The position numbers were made by a program, and so were the translations under genes. From Takakia lepidozioides (taxonomy: Eukaryota > Plantae > Bryophyta), in assembly GCA_030704615.1 (NCBI GenBank), contig CM060732.1, forward strand, positions 58,962,001 through 59,026,000: a DNA stretch of 64,000 nt, written 5' to 3'. Below the pieces are notes generated by a model, which did no database searches, was not told the origin of the DNA, and saw nothing but the letters and a program-made list of their open reading frames with translations. Below are positions 1 to 12,915 of this stretch, piece after piece (position 1 is the stretch's first letter; each line of letters starts with the position of its first letter).

Positions 1-1463
1 ACCTAGGAGATTGGGACCTTCAGTTACCCTGGTTAGCCATGGGCTACAGGTTCAGCAAGCAAGCATCACTTGCCTCCTTCTCACCATACTTTCTTCTCTT
101 TGGCCGAGAGCCGGATTTGCCTACATCCATTCGCAGAGAAGCTGCTACAGTTCTTAACCTTGACGATCCGGACGTGTGGACACGTGCATGTGAGCAGCGT
201 GCAGAGTTGTTCAAGAAAGTCATGCCCATGGCTTTTGAGAACCTTGCCATTGCACAACATCGTGATACGTTGAGGTATGCTACCATACGTGGTGGGGGCT
301 ATCGTCCTGGGGTTCGGAGATTCAACCCTGGTGACTATGTTTATCTGCAGCAGACTGCTTCTACGACCTTGGATGTGACTACAGGACGTACTATTTTGAG
401 GGTTCAAGAGGTGTTGCCCTCAGGAGTCCTGATCTTGGAGGGTCGAGATGGCATGATTTGGAAGGACCATGTGCGTAATTGCGCGCCATGTCACCTTCCA
501 AATGTTGATGGAAGGGTTGACCCAAACCTGGCAGTGGTACCTGCAAGTTTGAGGTGCATGTTGTGTGGGTCTGCTAGAGGGGCAGCCACCATGCTGGTGT
601 GTGATCAATGCTCTAGAGGTTGGCATATGGGATGCTTGACTCCACCTCTTGAGATGGTTCCTGATAGGGATTGGTTATGTCCGCATTGCATTGGATAGTG
701 GGAGTGGATACAACCATGGAAGGCTAACAAGAAATGCAAGGCCAAGCTACTAGGAGACCAACACATGAGATCCTGACTCAAGTTCACAGATTGCAAGACG
801 ACAACTAACGATGGGGTTGCTCTTGTACCCGGCCTCTTGGTCTATAGAGTTTGAGTACAATAGGGACAGTGATAGAGGACTTAGTACGGCTGTGGCTATT
901 ACATCTTGTAGCTATCTGGAGTTAGAGGGACCTAACCACCAGCTAGGGGGGCGATTGTGGTATAGCTTTCTAGGATTGTGTGCTTAGATTGTGTGGTGGA
1001 TAGCGATGTATGTTGTGGCACGATGCTTAGGTGCACGACAGCTGTCATGGTTTTAGTCATGGTTATCTAGAATTACCTACTTCTAGTTAACTAGGACATT
1101 TTAGATATTTATATTTATATTTTGTGTGTTGGGACTTCATTTGGTCTCACATGCCAAGTGAGGTGTCGAGCCTCACTTGAGACATGGAGATAGGTTTTCC
1201 CCTTGTGAGTGTTGAGGAGGCTCATCTTCTTGTAGTTGAGCCTCCATGAGCTTCTCTTACCTCCATAGCTCTAGGTATTGAGAGGGAGTGTGTTGAGGGC
1301 TTTGTAGGGTGGATTCCTTTAGCAAAGGTGCCCTTGGTTTGACTTAGTTTATGTGATAGAGTGGATTTCAGTTGGAAGGACTAGGGCTTGTTCTTCATGT
1401 GATTGCTTCATGCTTTGAGAGCTTTCATTGTCTTCTACTTTTCTCATTTCTCATCTCTTATCA
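1..1463 (+). mobile_element. Ty3/gypsy LTR retrotransposon, 3' part (integrase end, PPT at ~941-955, 3' LTR 956-1463)
   Basis: Integrase C-terminal ORF, then purine tract AGCTAGGGGGGCGAT, then LTR starting TGTGG at 956 and ending ...TTATCA at 1463, immediately before a second copy of the LTR start. Confidence 0.85.
39..698 (+). CDS. Integrase C-terminus (SPYFLLFGREP, GPY/F-like region) fused to a C-terminal PHD finger; 5' part lies outside the window
   Basis: CMLC...MLVCDQCSRGWHMGCLTPPLEMVPDRDWLCPHC is a canonical C4HC3 PHD finger. Confidence 0.9.
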   Translation: MGYRFSKQASLASFSPYFLLFGREPDLPTSIRREAATVLNLDDPDVWTRACEQRAELFKKVMPMAFENLAIAQHRDTLRYATIRGGGYRPGVRRFNPGDYVYLQQTASTTLDVTTGRTILRVQEVLPSGVLILEGRDGMIWKDHVRNCAPCHLPNVDGRVDPNLAVVPASLRCMLCGSARGAATMLVCDQCSRGWHMGCLTPPLEMVPDRDWLCPHCIG

Positions 1464-1464
1464 T

Positions 1465-1549
1465 TGTGGTATAGCTTTCTAGGATTGTGTGCTTAGATTG
1501 TGTGGTGGACAGCGATGTATGTTGTGGCACGATGCTTAGGTGCACGACA
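1465..1549 (+). repeat. Second, truncated copy of the LTR 5' end (85 bp)
   Basis: Near-identical to 956-1040. Confidence 0.9.
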
Positions 1550-1772
1550 ACCTGCTTCGAGTGTGAGAGGATGGTCGGGTGAGGATCGTGCCTCACCCAA
1601 CACAGCGTGCACGGTTAGTGCGACATGCCCATGATGAATTGGGGCATTTTGGAATGCGGCGCACTCATAGTCTACTGCAGGGGCAGTATTGGTGGCGTGG
1701 TATGCACACAGAGGTGCAACAGTTTGTGGCTAGGTGCATGGTGTGTGACAGGGTGCGTGCTTCATTCAACGC
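1550..1772 (+). pseudogene. Gypsy integrase HHCC zinc-finger fragment
   Basis: HAHDELGHFG...YWWRGM...VARCMVC. Confidence 0.85.
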
Positions 1773-4399
1773 CCTGATGAATTACGACACCGCAATATGA
1801 ATGAATTGACCTAGGTATTGGATGAACAAAGACACTGTTATAGGGATGATAAGTGACATTGTTATTTTATGACAAGTTTTATACATGGAAATGACGTTTT
1901 TTCTACAAATTTGTATTTTTGTAATGGTTGTAAAGACATGAAGTACTCATTTATGTGCCGCTGCAGTCGCTATTGCGGCGCCGAAATTGCGTACGGCAGT
2001 CAGTGAATATTGATCGTTGGGTTTCACGTTGAGGTGTCCGTGCCTTTGTACTTGCAGATTTAGGCTAAGAAATCTAAGTTCGGTAGCATATAATGGCGCC
2101 GTAATTGTAATATATCCTGGTTTCATTTGGAATTGGATGACTTATAGACCTGGCCCAGAGTCCTCGCAAGTCTTCATAATGAAATATGGGTACGAGAATT
2201 GGCCGATGAGGTTGTCATCCGAATACTTTTAACGCAAACCTCAGACGGAGGATTAACGTCGCCCTTACTATGACTTGTTCATGATAGACCTTTTGTCTGC
2301 ACAGCAGCCACTTTTAATATCGGACCCATCCAATTGGGTTCAATGTCATCATTTCTTCTTTGCATACGGGCCGATTGCGTTGTCATTATTGGAATGTGTG
2401 TGTTCTGTGACAGGGTGACAGAAAAGCTTAAAAACGCACATGGCACATATGTTGTGTTGTATAGAGTGCAAGAAGTGGGACTTGCACCTCTGAAGGACTT
2501 TAAAACAGCCATCAATCCGGAGTTGTTAAGGAAGTCAGAGGTGAAAGCAGGCCGCACCTAGTACGCCGGCTTATCTTGGACACCATGGTCGAAACATCTA
2601 TTTGGTGAGATTCAGCCCTCTTTCCGGTTAGTCCCCTTGCATGTTATTATCTTTCGACCATCTGGATCCCTAACCAATTGCTTGCATTTTCACTACAGAG
2701 CTCCATAAAAGACAACTTGGTCTACACAAAACGAAAATCATTGAGAGTGAGATCCCCAATAAGACCCAGGCCCTCGTCCGGGATGCCATCGTCCTTGCAG
2801 GCAGTGGTCGCGGACCAAGTACAAATCCAAAGTTGTCAAGTCTATAACGATCCCTGACCCAAGCCTTTAAGAGCCAATATTGTCAGAGATAGCAAAGCAC
2901 TACTCAAAAGCCATCAAACCAGAGATGTGGAAAAACTACATCATATCACCACCGCCTGTGTGGTATGCAAATGTCTGCTACTATTTTACTGTCGCATTTA
3001 AATCCTCTGTTAGCTATCAAAATTGCTCTCTAACATATGTTACAAGATGAGTGCGGAAGCCTTGAAAGTGTGGACGGAAAGAAGAAGAGGTGGACTTGTA
3101 TCAACAACATGGACCATCTAATCTGCGATGGCCAGAAGGTAAGCTCTAGAGTTGTCTAGTGTAAATTGCGGCATCCTTATTCTGATTGTGGGGAATCTTA
3201 TGTCAAAATAACGACCTTGTTTTTGTGCAGCCTCTTCTATTTGACACATTCATCAAGAAGAATTTAGTTTTGAATTCTGGGGAGACGGTTGTATGGTTGA
3301 CTCCACAGTGGACCCTATAGAGTATGACATTCTCTTCAACCATGTCTCACCACGCAATATTCCATGGGACATGGGGGGGAGGGCTTGGAGGCATGGGAGG
3401 ACAAGAAGTCCCACTTTCATTCAAATGCTGATGGAAACATTTTCAAGCATAGAAGGCAGGGTGTTGGACATTGCAGCCAACACAAGTAGGAGATTCTTGT
3501 AATTGTGGTGTCGTTATTATAGTCCATTGTCTTCTATAGATATTCATGGATTTACTATGGCTACTCATGATTACCATTGACATATTTGTTCTTGATCACT
3601 AGACTCATGGATAGGTGCTTCAATGTACTGCGTCGGGCGCGAGTCTAGTCGGCATGTCTTCGCATTTGAAGGAAAAACAGCCTTCTACGACTCCCATGTA
3701 GTGGGCCTGCAGCAGTTGCCAGCAGAGGAGGACGATGAGGACGATGAGGACTGGCAAGAAATGACCTTCTGGCAAAGAATGGCATTTGTATTTCAGTCTT
3801 TGTTTCATCAACCATCTCCTCATTGGACGAGTCTGCAAGGCTGTAACATGGCAGTACGTAAATATTGCCATATGTCAACAAACATTTAGGGTTTATAATG
3901 GTCAAACATGGATGTCGCTATAATTGAACCCAACACACTTACAATGGTGCAACTCACTCAAATACATGCATTGGGGGAAGCGGCTTCTCCCGTACTTGAG
4001 CCTCCTCAACTTCGGTCTCCTCCTCCCCTTCTTATTTCTTCTCCCATTGTATGCAAACACGGCTGCTAGAGATCCGGAGAGGCCTAATCGGTTTTGGGTG
4101 ACCACAAACAAAAAAACGTCGCAGCAATAGGCCGATCTCAGGTCATCACTACCAAGAAATTTTTTGAGAAGCACAAAGCTGGTATTATGGCACCGTGATT
4201 AACCCGTCTCCTGCCATTTTCAATTCTTTTTCCAAACCCTAAATGTGAATAACGGCCCGCAATAGGCCTAGCCGCGTCCCCGGAGTTCAAAAACAGTGCC
4301 TATTACCGTGGATATATGCCCTATTACCATTGATGGTAATAGGAGCTCATGGGCTCATGGGCTCATGAGTTCATGGGCTCATGAAATAGTAAACCTCCT
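1773..4399. mobile_element. Mutator-like TIR element (one end visible; left boundary approximate), same TIR family as the element at 51301-59645
   Basis: Reverse complement of 4377-4399 is AGGAGGTTTACTATTTCATGAGC, identical to 51301-51323; GCTCATGG subterminal repeats at 4345-4385; a degenerate copy of the family palindrome at ~1973. Confidence 0.65.
3047..3790 (+). pseudogene. Spliced beta-class N4/N6 DNA methyltransferase-like gene remnant (SAM-binding C-terminal part); further upstream exons likely at ~2334-2955
   Basis: GT-AG exons 3047-3138, 3231-3485 and 3615 onward join to RSPTFIQMLMETFSSIEGRVLDIAANT(S)ASMYCVGRESSRHVFAFE, resembling the KP..L..LI...S..G..VLD...G.G....A....R..IG.E motif; a frameshift is present. 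Confidence 0.55.
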
Positions 4400-7050
4400 T
4401 CCTGCATAGTACCATGCATCTCTGCGAATCTCTAGCTTTCCTAGAGAAGATGAAGACAATGAGTGGATTGGGGAGTACCTGAGCCTCCATGTTGGCTGGT
4501 TGTCTTGGGTGAAAAGGCAGCTTAAGGATAGGTGAGGCGCGATTGAGCTTAGTTTTACCCTTGGCAGCTTCCTGCCTCCCCCTTGATTTGACGGCCACCA
4601 GAGATTCTTGGGCCGACTCCACCGAGTCCTCCGAGAGACTGGTTGTGATTCTCTGCATGGTGGATTGCTTGCCCTCCTCCAACTCCAGCAGAGCAAATAG
4701 CATTGCAAAACCGTTGTGAAGCGTATCCTTTGTTCGAAATTGAGCCTGTTGTGTGCACCAGGGATCCGAACTACTCTTCTCACGGACCCAAATGTCACAG
4801 AGGGGGGGCAGATTAGAGCATAGGTGCTCCACATTTATGAGAGCCAGAACCTGTGTGGAGGGGCCGTCACTTAGACCAGGGTATGCCTCAATGTAGGAAG
4901 CCCATGAGATTGGAACAGAGCTTGAAAGTGAAAACTGTGGGAGATGTACATGAAAGTATTCCTCGATCTTTCTTCTGAGAGTAGGGATAGGGCTCTCATC
5001 TATGGGCTCTTTGATGACGAATTTTCGAATGTCCATTGTTGTGATCCATAGAGATTCCATCCCCTCCCTGTCAGGGGACGTGATCAGAATTCTCGGTTCA
5101 TCTTTGTTGCAAAATATCAGCGGGATGATGCAAGTGGCTTGGGGTTCCTTTGAAGAGACCAATTGAGTGCATCCATGGAGAGAGAGAGTGGGGAAGGTCC
5201 GCAACCTTAGGCATATGTTAGCAATTATAGGGTTAAGTGCAATTCCTATGTTTGCACCTGGATTTTGAAAGTCAATTGATCTCATAGGAGCCTTGGAGTT
5301 GGAGGGGAGACCAGTGATTTCATGATTTTGATGTGACATTGCGGGTGTTGCTGGGCTATCTTCAGAATCAACAAGTACTGTTGTGGATGTGATGATTGGC
5401 CCATGTTGTGGGGATGACTGATCCCGGGGGGCCTCGGTAATCGCTGAATTCCGCTGCAACTCCGATATTGGTGACCACAGAATGCCAGCTGACATCTCCT
5501 CGCCGCCATGGATATATTGGAGGGGAGACCTAGCGTTCACAACTGATCTGGAGATGTCATTTTCCAGCTCCATTGGGTCAGTTGGTCTGCGGTGTTTTTT
5601 GGCAGTTGGTGCTGTTGATGACGAAGGAATCCCATATAGGGATCAGCATGGGCTGTCACCGCAAATACCAGATGCAGTTTGTTTCAAAGCAGCTGCCTCA
5701 TCCCGACTAGGCATAGTCTGAGTTGAGGGTACTTTCTCTTTAGAAGAGGCATTCCCCATAGGTGCTTGCATAGTCCTTTCTCTTTAGAAGAGGCATTCCC
5801 CAAAGGCGCTTTGGACCCATTGGTGCAAATGGCGTTTGCTGGTGTAATTTGATTCATGTGAGATGTTGCAATCAGCAGAGCAGAGGTTGCCAGAAGTGAA
5901 GTAGAGGCCAATTGGATTGGGGAGTTGCGTTTTCTCTTTCCAGTAGGACAGTCTGCTTTCATATGACCCTGCTTTCCACAGTTGAAACAACCTGTACCAG
6001 GTGAGTCTTCCATTAGTTTGACTGAGAAGAAGGTTCCTTTGTTGTCTATGGGCAGCCTGATGTAGGTTGGGATTTTGCCCTCATTGGGCATCATAATCAC
6101 AATTTTGGGCAAACCATTCTCCTTCATTTTGGAAGCAATTGTGATTCCTTTCCATGCCTTCTCTTTTCTCAAGTTGTCCAGGCACATCTCAGGGTCAAAC
6201 ACAGCCAGACAACCCAGGTAATAACCAAAGGAATTCCCAATGTTTGGGAGGAAATATAGGTATTGGTCTGGGATCCCACAGACAGTAACGATCCTTGGGG
6301 CCCAAATTTTTCCATTCATGTTTCCTATCTGAGGAGACCATGGAAAAATGTTAACATTGAACCCCAGCTTGTGGGGGTTGAACGCCAGGAATGATCTGCT
6401 GCTGCTTTGGTTTCGAACATTATGGAAAAGAACCCACGACCTTTTGGATGACAAAGGTGTTGCTGCAGATCGCCCGATCCTCCAAGGTGTGAGGTCACCC
6501 AATCCCGAACATCGGTTCTGTATTGTTTTTTCCTGGGAAAATGCAGGAGAATACCTTGTTCCTGGCATCCAGAGACCTTGTCACAAAGAGAATCAAAATC
6601 AATGGCTATTGAGAGCGCCGCTTCTTCCATTTCAACCTGCGATTCTTCAATGTTGCCGTCTTCGGACAGTGCTTCCTCTGGCTCATTGGTTCCTCTGGCT
6701 CATTGGGCATACTGGAGGCAATGTGAGGTGGGGGGACTGATCGGTCAGCTGAAGACGTTGCTGCAGTAGCCAAGGCATTGACGTTGTCGTTGTCCATTGG
6801 ACCTGAAGCCGCTGCTGCAATGGCTAAGGCACGGACATTGTGCATTCGACCTGTTGCTTGAGCCTGGTGAGCTAGGAAGAAGACATCAACCGATTGCCTC
6901 AAATGTCTGGCGGGGCGCTTGCATGATCGAGCGGTTGATTCTGCTTCTGGGGTTGCTGCGCACACTCTTGAATTGGAAATTAGGATCCATCTTCGACTGC
7001 TGAAGTGAAGTTTGCTCAATCAAGAGAGGGAATTGTGACTTGCCGAGAGT
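4400..7050 (-). mobile_element. L1-type LINE ORF1 remnant (DUF4283-like region plus CCHC knuckle), frameshifted, cut off by the TIR element at 4399
   Basis: GRGFFSIMFET (6325-6630), IWAPRIVTVCGIPDQY and CFNCGKQGHMKADCP (5684-6568), followed by a long ORF at 4371-5573. Confidence 0.75.
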
Positions 7051-7697
7051 CTAGAACATGATATGGTGAGAGAGGCATGGGGACACACTTGGTATAGGCA
7101 AAAGGTGGTGGAAGGATGAGAGCAGTGAAAGGCGGCTAACTATCTCCCCAACCTTTAATGAAGGATAGCTGAGAATGGGGGCACATTGAAGTGAAGGAGT
7201 TTCTGGATAATATCATAATGAAGGTAGATGGATACATGTTTGTATTTAGATAGGCTTGATGATGATTGAGTTGTGGTTGAAAAATTCCAGAGCTCCTTTC
7301 ATCAAGGGACTTTTTGCTTTGATGAGCCTCAGTAAAAGATTGCATATAGAAGAGATGGTGAAGACGGCGTCGATTAGACAGGAAGGGAAGTAACTCTATG
7401 TCGCATATCGCTCGGCGAGCTGGAATTAACGTTACTTCCCTCCCCTCACCGCAACATGCGGAATTTCATCTCCTTGGCTATGTTTGGCTTTTAATTTAAG
7501 AAAACAATATTTTATCAAAAAAATAAAAAACATACAATTTTTTTGCATATCACATTCTGTTGCAATCAATAATTCCGACATTTGTAGGATATTTTTTCTT
7601 GTGTAAGGTGTTTTGCCATCGCCATCGGGCTGTTAGACTGTACGAAGGCCGCATGTTTACATTCGATACTACACCCCAAAGTAAGACGGTCTCATTT

Positions 7698-9366
7698 TTA
7701 GCGCTCGTGGGCTACATTCCCTTCTGCTGGAAGGACTGCGGCCTTGTATGAAGAGGCAGGGCCCTGGTCGCTTTCCATGTCACGGTACTTATCTTCTGAA
7801 CGAATTAAGGGCTCTTCGTGCTCACGCTCATGTTCTAATCTCTCCTGAGCACCCCCCCGCAATGGCTCCAAGTGACCCCCCAAACGATCAATTTGCTGGA
7901 GGCGCGCGATGCGTACTGCGTTCATGACAGCACCAAGCACAAGTACCGCACTTCCCGCAATTGCGAACCAAACTTCCGTAGCCTGCGTGGGATGGAATAA
8001 AGAAAGGACGGGAAGTGTCAGAGTAGCGTGCAATATCATATATCATAAGCTCAAACACCTGGGGATTAACCGTCAACTACCATCGAGACACAACTGGAAT
8101 CGCGGCCAGGCTAGGAAATCATACCCGTCCTTTGCGCTTAGAAGCTGGGGTGGGCCAGGTCTCTGCGCAGAGAATTCCACTCACAAGCAGCAGAGTACTA
8201 CCAATTACAAAGGGAAGAGACACAGTTTTCTGAAGCGCCTGCACCTCCGTATCCACTTTCTCATATACTTGGAAGGCATTGTGAATGGACCCCAGGAGCC
8301 ATAGTGCAGGGCCTGCAATAAACAGCCTGTAGGCATGGTCCTCTACAGTTTCCTTGTCGTCCAAGGAGTATGCACCACGTTCCACCTACACACAACAACC
8401 CATAAACCCTCAAAACTGTTTGCGGTCGCAGTATCCTGCAACTACCGACTAAGCCATATACATGTTCTGCACCTCCAGTGTATAAACCCACCGCTTTCAC
8501 AAATGGCAGGTCTCTAGTCTAGTAGTTGATGCGAGATAAATTCGACAAACCCCAAGAGGCTCATGGCATTAGAATCTAATTATTTTGAATGCAGCGAAGA
8601 TGCCGAAGTAACACCTTGCCACCAAGGGTGCAGAATGGAACAATAGGCACTCCACCATATATATATGACGGTCAGACAGATAACTATCAGGGAACTATAT
8701 ATATGTATGAGATTCCTTGCCATATATATTAATCAAACTTGGTCTTGAAAGGTTTGACACTAATTGTCCAAACGCTTGGACTACAACATCGCAGAATACC
8801 ACAGGTGGTACATACTTAAGCCCCAATTATTCGGGAGATAGCTGATGGTCCAGCCCGCGCTTGACTTTGGGACATGATCGACGAACTGTCTGTCTGTTCG
8901 CAAAAGGTACATGCCATGGGGAAGCAGAGCTCGACTCGATATTGAATGACTAACTTCGGGACAGATCTGAGACAAGAGTGACTGGGTAAGTTGGGGTGGG
9001 AGTTCTTACCCGCAGAAGCAAGAGGACCCCAATGAAGAACAGGATACCACCAATGGCCTGGACAAAAGGCGCCGCCACCTCGATGAGTGCAAGCTGGGGA
9101 TCCAACGTGAGTAGAGGTAGACGAAAATCGAAACCAGCGAGCTGAGCATACAAGTCGTGAAGATTAACTAGCACTACGAGAGCTAGTGCAATGAGGACCA
9201 GCCAGAGCCCGACAGATGTTTTGTAGCCTGGAAGCAACAGGGAACAGCCGGCTAGCAACAACAGCGCAGCGATCACATACACCAACGCGTTGATGATTTC
9301 ACAGGCGTCCCTGATGGCCGGAGGCCCATACATGCGAGTTTCGCGTACCGAAGCCAATTTCACCAT
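7698..9366 (-). CDS. Intact 3-exon gene for a conserved plant multi-pass membrane protein, 300 aa (exons 9010-9366, 8125-8385, 7698-7982)
   Basis: All introns are GT-AG, phase 0. The motifs MVKLASVRETRMYGP, VNLHDL.AQLAGFDFRL, AGPALWLLGSIHNAFQVYE and LEPLRGGAQERL match a land-plant family of unknown function. Confidence 0.9.
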
Positions 9367-10298
9367 CGCTCCGAGACGGAACGATCTTTCTTGCACAAGA
9401 TCTTGCGGTCACTCGCTTCAACAAAATGTACTCTTTCACCTTGCGGAGCAACATTTTATGTTCCAATCGAGCACTGATCTCTTGTAGACTACTGCCTACC
9501 CAGACTCAGTGACGCCACTCCTCTGCTCGCAGACTTGTCAAGGTCCGAACAATCCAGGTCCCCAAACTCTCGCACTCCTTAACTTCGACGAGTCATCAGA
9601 CCACAACTGTCGCCCTCAGGCCAATCCAACTTAAATCAGTAAATAGAGCGAATCCGAATCTAGACAAGTGGCACCGTGCATGTGCATTCCACATCAGCGG
9701 TGCCACGCATGCATGGATGCTGCTGCTGACCAATATTTCCATGGAATTCAAATTCATCCAGGAATGGGGACACGTATTCATCACCTATTCTGGTTCTACA
9801 AAATTACGGCATAGAGTCCATTCATCATCATTTTTGTGTGTATGTATCAGTATTGAGGGGTAAGGTCACCCATATATATGCGCCCAGCGTTATTCGTAAA
9901 AACCTGCGGGTTTTTTCTCTTTGTATTTTCAGGGAGCTTACCTGGCGGAATGTCACGTCAACAGTGCACGGGACCTTAGGGCCAGGGATATTACGCGTAA
10001 TGTCCCAATGTCCCGTGGGATATTACGCACACCATCTTTTCTTTACACTGCCATCTTTTATGTTAGGTCCACATATGCCACAGTCTGGTTGAATTCAGAG
10101 CTTACAGAGCTTACATTTGAGGTTCAATGTTATATCAATGTTATGGGATACAAGAATGTGAAAACTGTCACACTTCTACAGTAAACTACAAGCCACACTG
10201 AAAATCACAGCTTGCTAATCAAATACGTCAGAGATCCTATACACTTCAACTGTGAGGTTAAATATTCAAACAATCTAGCGTTTAATATCATTAGGTAC

Positions 10299-11383
10299 CT
10301 TAAGAAAGGACCACATCCATCCGACAAGAGCGTGAAATCATTGTCATCTACATTCCGCAATTCAAATCCGCCTCTGATAAAGAAGTTACGAGTGCACATG
10401 TACACAAAACGATTGTTGAGGCTGGAAGGAGTATCCTTCAGTGCGCTTTGGAAGTAGGCATAAGAGCTTCTTCATCTCGTGACAGAACATCGCTCTTCTT
10501 TACACTGCGTCCAAGTCCTGCGCTGCTAGATCATAACAGTGATTCGTCTTAAAACGATGAAAGCGCACATCTGATATTGAAGGGCATGGCTGGCTTGATA
10601 CTAGTCTCAACAATGCGTTGTTCTTGCATGGCGCGAATAAGGCGTCCGATAGCCCTTACAAGATCTTGTAAACTGCAAATCAAAAGATCCAGAATTAGTA
10701 GACCAATTAATTGAAACATATATTATCAAAGCTAAATATGAATTCAATCAAATTACACTTACGTTGTAGGAGGGTATAGATCCCCGTTCTTCTTTAGCAA
10801 CTTGTAAGATAAACAGACACAGCATGTCAACGAGCGGTTTAAGATCACTGGCTTCGGACAGGTCTTCAATCGTTTGGTCAGTAGAATAGCCTGCATAAAT
10901 CCTCCACTCGTTGAATGCATTGCGAGCCCACGTGTCTACGTGTTTACTGCGTCGCCTTCCACCGATACTGATATTGTGCAACTCCTTAGGATCAACTGGC
11001 CGGAAGCGTTCAGAGTTGCCTGGATACGCTCCATGTGCATCATCATCTTTTGCATCCTCTAAGTTGGGATCGTCAAACAAATCATCAAAAAAATCCTCAT
11101 AGAATTTGTCATCTGCACCGGAAATATCTACAGAAATGTCTGGAACATTAGGAACCTCACAGATTGGTTGCTCATGGACTGATCGCTCGGGTAGTGGGAT
11201 CTTTGACATGTTTTGTGAAATCCCGAGATCAAATGGATCAGAACAATCCACCTCGGCTTTCTCAACAGACTTCCGCTTCCGAGCTTTTGTCCGCTCAAAG
11301 GACTCGCGCACATTCGTGATATTCTTCATGGAAAACAGATGGCGCTTAACAGAAATAGAAAGCTCTAAGCAAGCTATTAGCAT
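10299..11383 (-). pseudogene. Crypton/DUF3504-like tyrosine-recombinase transposon gene remnant (exons 10763-11383 and 10299-10672)
   Basis: TWARNAFNEW...IEDL...LVDMLCLFILQVAK[fs]KNGDLYPPTT|LQDLVRAIGR...GLGRSVKKSDVLSRDEE...RNFFIRGGFELRNV..NDF; contains frameshifts and stops. Confidence 0.7.
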
Positions 11384-11576
11384 CTAATCAAATTGCTACA
11401 TCAACATCTGACGACAAGCTAGAGCAAAAGTTGCGTCCAAAAACCTACGTGAAACAAAAAACAAATGGAGATCGACCCTGGAAAGAACTACAACGGCGCC
11501 AAAGAGATCTCACCCGTCGAATGTTAAACGATCTAAGCCGTCGATCACAGCGAAAAGAAACCCTATATCCTTACGC

Positions 11577-11701
11577 AGTGTAAGTCCCCACCCTCGGGAG
11601 GTACCTTGGTATTCGTGTCGTGACTTCGTGTCGTGACCTCGGGCTACACCCTCGGTCACTCCCTCACACCGCGGTACACCCTCGGGTGGGGGACTTACCC
11701 T
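11577..11701. repeat. Short element with ~16-18 bp inverted ends and internal ACCCTCGG repeats
   Basis: GTAAGTCCCCACCC at 11580 versus GGGTGGGGGACTTAC ending at 11698. Confidence 0.6.
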
Positions 11702-12915
11702 ATACATAATCTAGGATTAGCCTCTTGAGAGGCGTTGTCCTTACCAGGCAAGGCACATTAATATGTGTCATTAATGGGATTCTTCCATTAATGCCAAGAT
11801 CCGGCCCATGCCCGGCCCATGCCATTTCCCTCGCCTCCTCACCATGCATGCGGGCCCTACCATGCTCTATGAGCCCTCCCCCATGCTCCATGCGAGGCCC
11901 ATCCTGCATGCTCCATGGCATGTTTGGCATCCATGGATGAATTTGGGGGATGACTTTAAAATGGATGAGGTTAGGGTCTTTTAGAGCGGCGGCTGGTTTA
12001 GGGTTTTGTTTGTTTGGGGCGACGGTTGGTTTGTGAGTTCTTTGCAAACTAGGTGAGTTCCTTTGATTATGTTTGCATTGTCAATATATCACATGTGAGT
12101 GTGAATGGATTAATGAGCATGAATGGTGGATGCAGATCGCAAGCATTGCAGCATTCAAAACATTCAAACATTCAAACAATCAAGCAGGTAAGAGCTCATT
12201 CTTTGAAGCATTTTCATGTTTTTGTTTTCTCTTCTTTCACACATTACTAAGTAAAGCACACTTCTGCTTTCTGCCTTGGCTTGAAAATGAACATGGTCAC
12301 TTACTCAATGAACAGGGAAAGCTTAGTTGTGCTTTCTGGCATGGCTTAGAAAGTGAACATGACCACTTGCTCAATCAACAAGCAAAGCACACTTGTGCTT
12401 TCCATGGCTCCCAATTTTTGGTGTAAATGCACACATGGGGTTTTGGCGCGGTAGTTGACACCGAAGCTGAAACGATTCGTGTACGCCATGGGCTAGGAAA
12501 GGCCACCATCGATTCCATATTTTCATGCTTTTGTTTGGACTTAGTCTAGATCCATAATCTCACTCATATATCATTTAATACCTTAATATGTCTGGAGGAA
12601 AGCTTAAATTGTATAGTTGTTGTCGCAATTTCACCAGCAAACCACCCAATGGACACTGACATATCAAGACATATCAAGACATTTATGCATCTTTCGAGTA
12701 TGCACGTTCAAAATATGTTCAAAAGTATAGCAATGTAAATCAAAGTCCACGAACTTTGTTGCTAACTTGATTCAAAACATAGATACCTTGTTCCATCAAT
12801 GTGCTTTGTGATCATGTCCCATCCTACGACGAACGATGCGATCAGCCACAGAATCCCCCAAGATTACAGTTCTGAACTGAGTTGAGTTTGTGATGCCCAA
12901 TCGCCGAAGCTCTTC

